A stretch of 64,000 nucleotides of DNA, taken from NCBI GenBank assembly GCA_951804945.1, contig OX638156.1, positions 66,402,001-66,466,000 of the forward strand. Reading direction: 5' to 3'. This DNA is from Podarcis cretensis (taxonomy: Eukaryota). The position numbers and the translations under genes are program-made. Positions 24,675 through 36,406 of the stretch are shown here, one piece after another (the first letter of the stretch is position 1; the number at the start of each line of letters is the position of its first letter). The notes below the pieces were generated by a model that ran no database searches, was not told the origin of the DNA, and was given only the letters and a program-made list of their open reading frames with translations.

Positions 24675-26579
24675 GTGCAGACCTTTCTGTGACAAAAAGA
24701 GGGGGGAGGCAGTGCCTTGTTTTTTGGGGGTGCCATTAGGGCAGAGGCATAGTTTCAGCACCATGTTGGCAACTCCCTGGTCCAGCCCAAGCCTTGCATG
24801 GGAGAGGTACCAGGATTTGTCTCTTGCTAGTCAGGCTGGTGGCTCACTGGAGACTAAGGAAGGCTGTTTCCAGAGTTGACAGTCCTTGGTAGGTGGAACA
24901 TTCCTCTTGAGTTGACACCAAACAGATTTCATTTATTGATGCCGTGGGACTCCAGGTTATGCCACAGGCATAAGAACATTGGAAGGATCAGGCCTATGGC
25001 ACATCTAGTCTAGCATCCTGCTTTCACAGTGACCAACCAGATGCCCCAATGGGAAACCTGCAAGGAGGACACAAGCACAAAAGCACTCTCTCCTCTCATG
25101 GCTTCCAGCAACTGGCATTCAGAAACATTACTGCCTCCAGCCATGGAGGCAGAGCACAGCCATCATTGCTAGTAGCCATTGATATCATTATCCTCCTCTA
25201 TAAATTTGTCCAATCCCCTTTAAAGGCATCTAAGTCGGTAGCCGCATTGCCTCCTGCAGGAGCCAGTTCCATAGTTGATAACTATGAAACGGATTGTGTC
25301 CAGTGTTGCTCCTATGCAGAGTAGAACCATTGAGATTAACGGTTGTGATCCACATTGGCCCATTAATTTCATTGGGTCTACTCTGAGTAACGCTTCTTTG
25401 AGTACAAATCCATGAGCTGTATTCAACTAACCTTTGCTCAGAGTAGACCCATTGAAATGAATGGACCCGAGCTAATCATGCCCATTAATTTTAATGTGTC
25501 TAAACTGAGTAAAAGTTAGTGGACTTCGACCCAACATCACCACTTTGGATATTTCTTGTAAAAGATTTCCCTGCGTGCAGAATGCCCCAGATTCTACTCC
25601 CAGGATCTTCAGGTAGGGCCGGGGAAAATGGGTTTGAAAACCTGGAGAAGGTTTGTCAGTGCAGACCAGGGACAAGAAACATGCGGCCTTCCAGGTGTTG
25701 CTGGACCACAGCCCATCACCACCCCTTGCCATTGGCTGGGGCTGATGGGAAATGAAGTCCCAGCTGCACCTGAAGGTCTGCAGGTTCCCCTGACCTGGTA
25801 AAGACCATCCTCTGCTAGGTGGGTCAGTGGAACCTTTCCCACTCACAAGTGATCTCCAGCTTTTAGATTAGTTGTGCCTGAGTTTTGTGTCCTTTTCCTC
25901 CCTCTGAATCCTTTTTTTCTTTTTGTGCTGAATCTTTTAAATTATAAGCCTTAGGGCACAGGCTGTCTTCCTCTTCAGAGCCATTTGAGTGCCTTTTTCT
26001 TACTGAACCGTGGGATTAAAAAAAAATGTGCTTTAAATAAATGTGTAGAAGCCAGCAGACTGCTGCTGAGCAGGGCAGAGTCAGCAAATAAAAGCCCCCC
26101 ACCCCACCGTCCTTCACCCAATCCAAAAGGAGTGTGCCTAAGAGGCAACCAGATCATCCTGCCCTGTTGTAGCTGGGGGAGTGGGGAGGGGCAGGGCAAG
26201 CAGGCCATTTTTCAAGAAACAAATACTTTAAGGTGTGGGCAGAAAGCAGCCTGTGATAGGGGAAGGGATGCAGCTCCTGAAAGCATCTGCTCTGCGTGCA
26301 GAAGATTCAGTCCCAGCCATCTCCAACCTGAGCTGGGTCTGTCCGTTGTTTGGAACCCTGGAGAGCTGCTGCCAGCCCGTGCAGACACAGCTGAGCTGCG
26401 TGCACCAGTTGGTTTGACTCAGAACAAGGCAGCTCCTCTGTCCTGCTTCGAAGCCCTAACAGATGGTTCGCACTGGATTCTCCCTGGGGCTGGTGGAATA
26501 TTCGAACTCTCTTCCTTTCCCCTTTCTTGGGATCCTGCAGGAAGGAGACTGCTTGGGAAAGGATGGGATCTCCCTTGGC

Positions 26580-26970
26580 TTTGTGGCTAAATTTAGTTTC
26601 CCGTCATCATCCCTCTGCAAGCCTGGGGGGGGGGAGAGCGGGGGGGGAGGCAAGGGAGCAGATGGGAGGGTTGGCTGCGGGTCTGGGGTGTCTGGGAGGG
26701 TGGGGGAGGCTTTCACCATCAGACGGCAGCAGCCGGAGCTGTGAGGAAGCCGTAGCAGCAGCAGCAGCAGCCACCATGCCTGGCCAAGACACTGGAACAC
26801 TGACTCCAGATTAAAAGACTTCTTTGTCCCTTTGTTGTCCACCAATTGCCAAACTCGGCTCTCTTGATGCGCTTCGCCGGCTGCTCAGCAGACTCCAGAG
26901 TCTCAGCCGGAGCGGAGGAACCACAGCAGTCTTTGGGGCTCCCAAAATCCAGCACCGCACCTGGTGAGTG
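26580..26970 (+). promoter_or_regulatory. Candidate promoter and 5' leader for the MQVS isoform
   Basis: MEF2 consensus CTAAATTTAG at 26587-26596, half-CRE CGTCA at 26602, G-runs 26625-26710, (GCA)n, donor CTG|gtgagt after 26963. About 0.6-1 kb upstream of the ATG at 27592. Confidence 0.45.
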
Positions 26971-27591
26971 AATGAACTGGCTCAGGGATCTGAGCGAAGG
27001 CAGGCAAGACTCCTCCCTATCATCCTCCTCACCATCAGTTCAGTGTCCTTCCCCCTGCTACCTCCCTCCATTCTGAATCAGGATGATTCTCATGAGAGAT
27101 TTGCTCCTCCTGGATTCATCTGAGTCTCAGTGACGCAGCTCCTTAGTCCCCCCTGAGAGTCACCGAGGGGGAATCACCCTCCAAGGAGATGACGGCTGCG
27201 GCTCCCAAATTAAACTGAAATCCAGCGCCGGGGATCCCTCACCCACGGAAGCACCCTAGGGAGATGTCCAAAGTCGCCACACTGCCAGACTGAGGAACTG
27301 GGTCAGAAGGAGAAGGGGGATGGCTGCTATTTGGAAGGGCAGTCAGCCTGGACCCCTTGTTTTTTGCCACTCCTGGATGGGGTAACGGGCCCGTTGGGGT
27401 TATTTTTCTGGGTTTTTTTTGTTCCGGGAGAGCATCCTTGCAGCTGCGTCAGGAGAATCCAGGTCTTGGGGAGAAGGTTTCTTTGGGAGACTTTTCTCCT
27501 CCTTTGACATATCCCGGAGAACAGGTGACACAGCGTCAGAGGAGACCAGGGCAACCTCTAGGTCGGGGCGGCGACACCAGAAGCAGGCAGG

Positions 27592-27797
27592 ATGCAAGTG
27601 TCCTTCGTCTGCTCGGACCACAACATCAAGAACCGGAGCGCGGAGGACCGGCTCAACCGGCAGAATGCCAACAGCCCCAGCACGCGGGGTCGGTTCCGGG
27701 CAGTGGCGATGGTGGCCCGGAGCTTGGGGCACCTCTCCGCGCAGAACGCCCCGTCCTCCAGCGACTCCAGTGTGAAGCAGACTGGCATGAAATACAG
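27592..27797 (+). CDS. KCNAB2: KCNAB2 alternative N-terminal coding exon B (MQVSFVCSDHNIKNRSAEDRLNRQ...KQTGMKY/R), Kvb1.1-like
   Basis: 206 nt from ATG (context aggATGc) to CAG|gtatgg, phase 2, in frame with exon 34432. CpG-rich; strong similarity to the Kvb1.1 N-terminus. Confidence 0.9.
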
Positions 27798-28942
27798 GTA
27801 TGGGGAGGGTGGGAGAAGCACCGTACATCCGGGAAGAGTTTGGGGACCGGTCGCTGTGCAGGGAGCAGGACCCAAATTCTGAAGTCTCCCAGAGCCAAAC
27901 TCTTGGGTCATTGCTCCATCCAACTCTGAATTGCTTGTACTGACCAACAATGCTCTCCAAGGGTTTTTCCAGCAAGGAATCTTTCCCAGCTTTACCTGGG
28001 GAGGCCATTGGGTTGTGCCTGCACAGCAAATGCTCTACCTCTGAGCTGCAGCCATTTCCCTACAAATAGTAGGGTCCAATCCTCATGGTTCTGAATGAAG
28101 TGCTGAATTAAATATCCAGCACAATATTGCCTGCACTGACTCGCAGCAGCTCTCCGGGGTTTCAAGCAGGGAGACTCTCCCAGCCTTACCTGGATATGCC
28201 ACTGGGGATTGAACCTGAGACCTTCGGTCTGCAAGACAGATGCTCTACCACTCAGCTACAATAGCAGTTCCCCAAAGCGCACACTTTGAAAAGCAGGCTT
28301 ACAACTGGCCAGCCATTGTCTGGATATGACAAAAGAAGCAGGTTGGATCCTTTCTTCCCTATACATGTGCTGGTTTCCCCCTGAAAATTGCATATATTTT
28401 TTCAGGTGCCGGCTTCAGCGGCAAAGAGCAGCTTTTGGTGGGGATGTTCTGGGGGGAAAGGGTTAAAACGAAGCCTATTAGCCATTGGAACATTGGAAGC
28501 TGCCTTCTGCCGAGTGAGACCATGGGTCCATCTAGCTCAGTGCTGTCTGCACAGGCTGGCAGCACCTTTCCAGGGTTTCAGGATCTCAGTCCTAACTGGA
28601 GATGCCAGGGATTGAATCTGCATGCTCTGCCACTGAGCTTACCCGCCTTCTGCAAATCTACCGAGGCCAGTGCTGTCCACATTGACTAGCAGGGTTTCAG
28701 AGAAGTGTCTTTCCCAGCCCTGCTTGGAGATGCCATTGGGGATTTAACCTGGGGCCTTCTGCATGCAGAGCAGGTGCTCTGCTACTAGGATACAGCTCAG
28801 CATGTTGGTAATGACTGGTGAAAACACAAGCCTGAGCAGGGTCCAGCTCTTATGAGTTTCCAGCGGTGGGGGTTGTAGGAGAACCCTACAAATCTCTTTG
28901 TCCCACCTCAAGAAAGGAGAAGCTGGGGAGAAGCACAAAGCA

Positions 28943-28994
28943 GGATGGATGGATGGATGGATGGATGGATGGATGGATGGATGGATGGATGGAT
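28943..28994. repeat. (GGAT)n microsatellite
   Basis: Seen directly; followed by a 19-bp unit repeated about 3 times (29018-29071). Confidence 0.98.
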
Positions 28995-29475
28995 AAATGG
29001 ATAGGATAGATCCATTCTGCAGAATTTAACTTTGGTTGCAGAATTTAATTTTGGTTGCAGAATTTAACTTTAATTTATTTGTGGGCTCCTTCCCCACCCA
29101 TCCCTTTCCTTGCCTTCTGTTGCCTCTGGATAGGCAGTGATCTGGACAGAAGTATAGTTGAAGCAGCCTGGAACTGCATTAGGGTTTTTGTTTGTTTGTT
29201 TTTGCTGCTACTGAATCACATTTAATGAGTAGAGAGCAGGTGATAGGCTGCCCACTCTGCTCCTTACCTAATCTGCTCCAATCAGCTGAGAGTGGAAATG
29301 TTCTTGCATCTTTCTCTTTGAGTTCATGCAGAAGTCAGGGAGAGAGCGTGAGGCAGGCAAGGATTTCTACAACAGCAAAAGAGAACGTTGAAGAAATACT
29401 ATGGGTACAAAAAAAAATCACAGGCGAAAACTTCACTTGAAAGGGAAATATTTAAACTGCTGAACCTCAGCCCCT

Positions 29476-29824
29476 GGGATGCAGGTGGCGCTGTGGGTTA
29501 AACCACAGAGCCTAGGGCTTGCCGATCAGAAGGTCAGTGGTTCGAATCCCCGTGACGGGGTGAGCTCCTGTTGCTCGGTCCCTGCTCCTGCCAACCTAGC
29601 AGTTCGAAAGCACGTCAAAGTGCAAGTAGCTAAATAGGTACCGCTCCAGCGGGAAGGTAAACGGCGTTTCCATGCGCTGCTTTGGTTCGCCAGAGGCGGC
29701 TTAGTCATGCTGGCCACATGACTGTACGCCGGCTCCCTCGGCCAATAAAGCGAGATGAGCGCCGCAACCCCAGAGTCGGTCACGACTGGACCTAATGGTC
29801 AGGGGTCCCTTTACCTTTACCTTT
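29476..29824 (+). mobile_element. Sauria SINE
   Basis: Same consensus, head to (TTTACC)n tail. Confidence 0.93.
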
Positions 29825-31055
29825 AAACAAAAGACACGTGCATGAAATCTGCTGCCCTCCTTTGCTTAACCTCTGTTGCTTTAATTTTCACCACCTTCAC
29901 TACCCTGGCTCTGATACCCAAACTAAGCAGGTTTGGAGGGGGCAGGGGAAATTTCACGCAGTTGGGGAGGTAAGGTTTTGCTCCAGCTACCCCCTGCCCC
30001 CCACCCCAGCAACATGCGCCATTTAGCAATTCGTGTAAAAACCCACAAACCCACCGGCTCTTTGCAAGCAAACCAGCAAGTTTGTGTTTAACGTTTGGTC
30101 CTTTGCACACGCAGAATTCCGTAGCAGCAGCAGCCAGAATGGTTTTTACATAGTTCTGTAAGAAAAAGGATCCTCCTTTGTGAATGGGGGTAGCCAGTGC
30201 AACGTCAGGAAACAGTTTTTGCATTAGCCTTATAAGGGCAGGTCCACACCATGCATTTCAAACACACTCAATGCACATTGAAAGCACATAACTTCCCCCA
30301 AGCAATTCTGGGAGCTATAGTTTATTAAGGGCGCTGGGAACTGTAGCTCTGGGAGGAGGCGACTACAGTCCCCAGGATTCCTTGGGGGAAGCTATGCATT
30401 TTAAATGTGCATTGGATGTCCTCTAAATGTATGCTGCAGAGCTGTCCTTACAAGCCAGAAATCCTTCTCTCTGTAAGTTTCAGCTGCTCAGCCTGTCTGA
30501 TGACAGTAAAAGAGGCTCCATTGCACTATTTGCCATTGTTTTAGATGTGCCGCAGCCTTGACCAAAGAGTCTTTTTCATAGCCAAAGACCCTGACATTCC
30601 CTCTTACGGACTTTCCATTCCCATCATGTTTTCCCATGCCAATATTAACTGCCATCACACTATGGGTGGCTAATATTTCTCAGTGATTAACCCTGGGCAT
30701 GGCACTCTTGAAATCAGTACCTGTGAGGGTGGGGTGCATGATTGCTTTGGAATGCTTTTTGGTGCTTTAAATGGTTTTGGATGCTCTAAATGGCTTTAGA
30801 ATATTTTAGGTGGTTTTTAAATGTTTTAAATGCAGCACACGTCTGTTTTAAATTGCATCGTTCCAACGCCGGCCGCGTTAATAAAATAAAATGGCCTTCG
30901 TAAGGAGATAGTTCTGTGGTCCATTTAGCAACATTGCTGTGGGCTTCAAGGCGCTCTGTCTCCTTGAATCACCCGTTTCCTTGAGCGGTTCACTGGCTGT
31001 TGTTAATCCGCCTGTTAATTGATAGATATCTTTTGAAGGGGTGGGAGCTCTGGAA

Positions 31056-31256
31056 GGGAGGGCTGTAGCTTAGTGCTAGAGAGCCTGCCTTGCATGCAGA
31101 AGGTCTCAGGTTCAATCCCCATTATCTCCAAGTTGGGCTGGGAGAGTATCCCTGTCTGAGCCCCTGGAGAGCCGCTGCCAGCCAGTGTAAACAATATGCT
31201 GATTTAGATTGACCAAGGCTCTGACTCAGTATATAAGGCAACTTACTAGGTTCCTA
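31056..31256 (+). mobile_element. Old tRNA-Ala(TGC)-derived SINE
   Basis: gggctgtagcttagtgctagag...ttgcatgcagaaggtctcaggttcaatcccc head. Other copies at 42186-42348(+), 35995-36172(-), 10800-10930(-), and several in 27925-28790(-). Confidence 0.7.
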
Positions 31257-33690
31257 AAGGCAGGGAGGAAGGAAGGAAGGGTGGAGAGTCTTTGCAGGCC
31301 TTCAAGATACAACGTCTTCAGCCGCAAGACCTCCCGCTCAAGCCTTCAGCCACTGATCTCGGGGAACCCTACCTAGATATCATAACCTTCAGGGTGTGTT
31401 TTTTTACCCATGGCCGCCTGCTCCTAGTGACTTGCCCACTGTAATTGACACCACGAGGACTTTCTCATAGGACATATTTGCACCCTGCATTTAAAGGACT
31501 ATGATAGTACCTTTTTATTTTATTTTTACAAGGCTTATGCACAAAGCTTGATTGCAAAACAACCCCGAAAGCGGCTTTACAAAGAGAACAATGCAATGAA
31601 ATTATCAGTAGAAACAACTCTTTACAATATTCAAAAAATAAAATCGGCAATATACTAAAATCGGATTGAAACATACATCAAGGTTCCACCGGTTTGTCTA
31701 AAGAAAAATGTTGTCTAAAGAAAAATGCTTGTGGGATGTGTCTAAAACAGTTCAGGGAAGGCACTTTCCTGGTGTCAATAGGCAGGGAGTTCCAAGATAT
31801 GTGTGCTGCCACAGTAAAAGGTTGATTCCTTACAAATGCGGAAAGGATATCAGGTGGTACCTGTGATGTTGCCAACTCTGCATGCATGGGGCAAGGCGAT
31901 TTCATAGATAAACTTGATGCGCTTCAGCCTGTTTCCTTCTTGGAGCATGGATGAGGGACATTAAAAGCCTGTGTGTTTCTTTTTCCCAAGGGGGAGGGAA
32001 AGGGGGGGGTGGGGAACCTTTTTGAGGGGCAGAGGGTCTGCTTGGGGTCGCTGCAGCTTGTTGGGGAGGTAGCTGAGGAATGGGGAATGGGGTGAAGTGT
32101 CTGGTGAAGTGTCTAGTGGTGGTATATGGGTGAAGTGTCTGGTGGTGGTATATTGTCATCCTCGCTCGTTTATTTGCAGTCAACTGAACATTTAAACAAT
32201 TAATAACAATTTTCTGCCAATAGACGCATAGGCCTCTGAGAACACATTTGTGGAATGGGACTTTTGTTTAAAAAGGTGAAATGACTTAAAAGTTAAATGT
32301 AATAAAATAGACGTTCGGTGCCACTGTGGGTGGGAAGACAGGTTGCAAAAACAAATGCAAAATTCAGCTGCGTATGAATCACGGTTTATAAGCGATATAT
32401 GCTGCAATTTTTTTAAAAAGCACAATTTTTAAAAATCAACAATCAATAATATATTTTTTTTAAATGCACATTAATGCAAATGAAAAACACAGTATGAAAA
32501 TGCGTCATGGTATATGTATACGCTGTGTAAGATGGAGCTCGTTCTTGCTGCTCCAGAGGGCAGGACCCAAAGAATTGGATTCAAATGACAGGAAAGGAGA
32601 TTCCGACTAAACATTAGGAAGAACTTTCAGGTGGTAAGAAAGGTTTGGCAGTAGAACAGAAGAAGGCAGCAGACTTTCCTTCACTGGAAGTCTCAAACAG
32701 AGGCTGGGTGGCCATCTGTCAGGGATCCTTTCACTGTGATTCCTGCATTGCAGGGGGTTAGACTAGATGACACTTGGGTGCCCATTCCAACTCTGCAATT
32801 CCATTATGCGATTCTATACCAGCTGATATACTACTTAGCATCGTTATTCTGTGTTTTTCAGTTGCGCTAATGTGCGTTTCTACTAATTGTTTCAATCTGT
32901 TGATCTGCAAATAAGATGATGATGATGGAGATGAGGTCATAAGGGGGGAACACCCGGTGTGCACAGGGGAAGGGGACTAGAGCTCTGAGCAAAATTTTGA
33001 GGGTGTGGGAAATGGCCTGGCCATGTCGCCTTACAAATAAGAAATTTCTGGATCATCCAGGAACCAAACTTCCTCTTCCTCGCCCCCCCCCCCCACACAC
33101 ACCCTGCCCCAGGCTGATGGCTGGCCCTTTCATGTGGAAGGTCAGAAAATGCTGAGAGGTGTTGGAGCCGCCACAAAATATTTAGTCTGCGGCTTGCAAA
33201 AAGTGACAGACAGCTCAAAGCAATGCATCACACGAAAACATGCACAGAATCTCCCCAAGGGCCCGTCCTGGGTGTTCCTCTGCCAATCAAGCTCTGATGG
33301 CAGCATTTGAACCTGAGAGAACCCCGTGAAAATCGTTTGTGTAGGATTATTCATATATGTAGCCTTGTAGGATTTATTCCCTAAACGCCAAATATTATGC
33401 ATATTATCTTGGCAATCTTCACAGCAACCCTGTATGCTATGTTGGAGTTACCATCACCATATTACCTTGCTGGGTGTGTGTGGAATGCACTGAATGTTAT
33501 TACAGTATTACCCATTACTGCATTTGTATCCCACCATTTTCTCCAAGAAGCTCGAGGTGGCATGTGTGGCTCTTCCACTCCTCGTTTAATCCCCATAACA
33601 ACCCTGTGAGGTAGGACAAGTCCAGGGAGCTTCATGGCCAAGTGTGGATTTGAACCCTGGTCTCCCAGGTCCCAGGTCAACCCTCTAACC

Positions 33691-33949
33691 CATGGGGAGG
33701 TAAACTAAGGCCTGGGGGCCGGATCTGGCCCAATCACCTTCTAAATCTGGCCCACAGACGGTCTGGGAATCCGCATGTTTTTACATGAGTAGAATGTGTC
33801 ATTTTATTTAAAATGCATCTCTGGGTTATTTGTGGGCAATAGGAATTCATTCATTCCCCCCCCCCAAAAAAAAATAATACGGTCTGGTACCCCAGAAGGT
33901 CTGAGGGACAGTGGACCTGCCCCCTGCTGAAAAAGGTTGCTGACCCCTG
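33691..33949 (-). mobile_element. hAT MITE, same family, inserted in a SINE
   Basis: 8-bp TSD CTCTAACC at 33683-33690 and 33950-33957. Confidence 0.88.
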
Positions 33950-34431
33950 CTCTAACCACTACACCACACTGGCTTCCCCAGTTGATGCCTCAAGGTGAAC
34001 TTGATGTGATGTCAGGAGATCTCTGATTCCCCTGGGAAAGAGTCCAGTTTGGCAAACCCTGCCGTTGCCTTTTCTCAATAATTATTTTGCAAACCAAGAA
34101 CAGACCAGGGAAGATCCAAGCCCAGGACTCCTGATGTCAGTTCTCTAGTTCCACCAGGGATAGGGTCTAACCCAGCTGGAGAAGGAGGTTTCCCTGTGTC
34201 TGATTCTGCATGATTATGAAAGCACCAAATGGTATATCCCCCCCCCCCCGCCTCCTCCTCTCTCCTTCCCTTCCCTTCCCTCGTGTATCTTTTGAGGGAA
34301 ACACAAAATGCTGATCGGAACTGAAACGACATCTGCTCTCTGTAAGCATCGGTGCGAAGATGCCAATGGCCAGTGTCTATTTCCGACATTTCCATCTGCC
34401 TATTAAAAGGTGGTGTTGTTGTTTTTTCCAG

Positions 34432-34475
34432 AAACCTTGGGAAGTCAGGACTCCGAGTTTCCTGCCTCGGGTTAG
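34432..34475 (+). CDS. KCNAB2: KCNAB2 first common exon (R/NLGKSGLRVSCLGL/G)
   Basis: ttttttccag| acceptor, 44 nt, |gtaagt donor; Kv-beta core start. Confidence 0.97.
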
Positions 34476-35179
34476 GTAAGTGGAATTCTTGGGGTTTTCC
34501 TTTTAATTCAGCTTGCGGGGGGGGGGGGGAGATTCAGTTTGGTGCATACGCTACAAATTCGCTCTGTGGAAGATGCCGTGCAATGCAGCTGTCCAGAGAG
34601 GAATTGATTGGCAGAAGGCATCCACATCTGTTTGCATTGCTTTCCCACTTTCAACAGCCATGGCTTCCCCCACAAGAATCCTAGGAGCTGTAGTTTGCTT
34701 GGGGTGCTGAGAGTTGTTTGCAGACCCCTGTCTCCCCGCCCCCCCCCCCCCGGGCTGAATCATTCTTTCCTGATGGATTTCATTCCTGACTTGGGATGGT
34801 GATGGCCTCCACAGCTGCTCTTGCATAGTCTGTTGTGTTAAGCTGGCCCTGCTCCTGGGAAGCAGTTGTTAAGGTTAAGGGCTAAGGCTTGTTCCATCAT
34901 GACAATTGTTCTGAGCTTCCATTGCTGCAGGAAGTGGAATTAAAACTGTCCCGGAGTTTTAACTCCACGAAGGGTCTTCTTGCAACTCCTCCATACCTAT
35001 TCCCTGTCTTGTGTGCAGCTCAGCAATTCCTTTCCTGTTTCATTCAAGCTCATTCTGCGGTGATCCTCTTGGTATTAAAAATAAACAGGTTGGAAATCAG
35101 ACCAGCCAATCGAGGCAGCCGGTCAGTCAGTCAGTCAGTCAGTCAGGGAGCACCTAGAAAAGGATGTTGCGATTACTAA

Positions 35180-35590
35180 GACCCAGCATGGGTTTCTCAA
35201 AAATAAGTCTCATTTCTTTTTTTGATGGAGTTACAAGCTTGGTGGATCAGGGGAATGCTATGGACGTAGTGTATCTTGGTTTCAGTAAGGCTTTTGACAA
35301 AGTCCCCCATGATATTATTGCGGGGAAGCTGGTAAAATGTGGGCTGGGTGAGGTCATTGTTTGGTGGATTTGTAGGTAGTTAGCTGACCAAATCCAGAGT
35401 GCTCAGTAATGATTCCTCATCATCCTGGAGGAATGTGACAAGTGGAGTGATGCAGTGTTCTGGCCTGGGCTTGGATAAAGGAACTGAGGGGATGTTCTTT
35501 AAATTTGCAGGTGATATCAAGCTGGGAGGGGCAGTTAATGTTGCAGAACAGAACTGGTATTCTGGACATTTAACAGCATGGAGAACCTAA
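35180..35590 (+). mobile_element. CR1 LINE reverse transcriptase remnant
   Basis: LISFFDGVTSLVDQGNAMDVVYLGFSKAFDKVPHD...VTSGV...KFAGDIKLGG, broken by stops and deletions. Confidence 0.88.
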
Positions 35591-36368
35591 TCTGGGAGCC
35601 CCTTTTGCTTTTCCGGTTTGCCAGGAACAGTAAATCTGCACCTTGCACACACGGCAGACTTTTGACTTTTGCCCCACAAAGAGGCAGATCAGTCATTTCC
35701 CAAGTGGCATGCTTGGTGCATACAAATAAACTTTTTAAATCCCCAAATCCAAAGGCTCCTGTGAGCCCAGAGCATTCCTCCTTCAAGGATGGTGGATGGT
35801 GGCATGGTTGCTTCAGGGTTGCATAGTACCCAGTATGCCAATGGATGGCCAGTTTCTGGAAAGCCACACAGCAGCAGAGATAAGTTCTTGCCTTCTTCCT
35901 CTGCTTGCGAACTTCCCAGAGGTATCTGCTTGCCACTAGGGAAGACAGAACAGTGGACAAGATGCACATATCTTGAAACACATCCAGTACAGACAGCTGC
36001 CTTATACTCAGTCAAGCAATTGATGCATCTAGCTCAGTACTACCTGCACTGACTGGCAGCAACTCTCCAGGGTTTCGGACAGAGATCATTCCCAGTCCTA
36101 CATGGAAATGCCATAGGAGGATTGAACCCAGAGCCTTCTGCATGCCAAGCAGGTGCCCTGCCACTGAGCTGTGACTCAGTAAATGGACTTTTTCCCCAGG
36201 AGTTCAGTTCCATCCTGCCTTTGTCCTTCCTCCATTCAGAGGGTTGGACTAGATGACCCTCAGGATCCCTCCCAACTCTGCATTTCTGTGATTCTCCCCA
36301 AATCCTTCTTTTCGTTTTTGAAAATCCTTTTGTCTGCCTCTCTCTCTTGCTCTCACTCTCTTTTGTAG

Positions 36369-36406
36369 GAACATGGGTGACATTTGGAGGACAGATTACG
36401 GATGAG
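36369..36406 (+). CDS. KCNAB2: KCNAB2 exon (GTWVTFGGQITDE)
   Basis: ttttgtag| acceptor, 38 nt, |gtaaga donor. Confidence 0.97.

Noticed and set aside
24754-24772. TTCAGCACCATG RE1 half-site
   Set aside because: Right half (GGACAG) is absent.
27357-28029. 190 and 209 aa ORFs overlapping exon B
   Set aside because: Alternate-frame or antisense shadows of a GC-rich exon.
29018-29071. Short direct repeats (also 32090-32150, 36440-36490, 50721-50767) as a CRISPR-like array
   Set aside because: Simple slippage duplications without unique spacers, in eukaryotic DNA with no cas genes.
31056-31130. tRNA-Ala gene
   Set aside because: Degenerate stems, continues into a SINE body, and many decayed copies are present.
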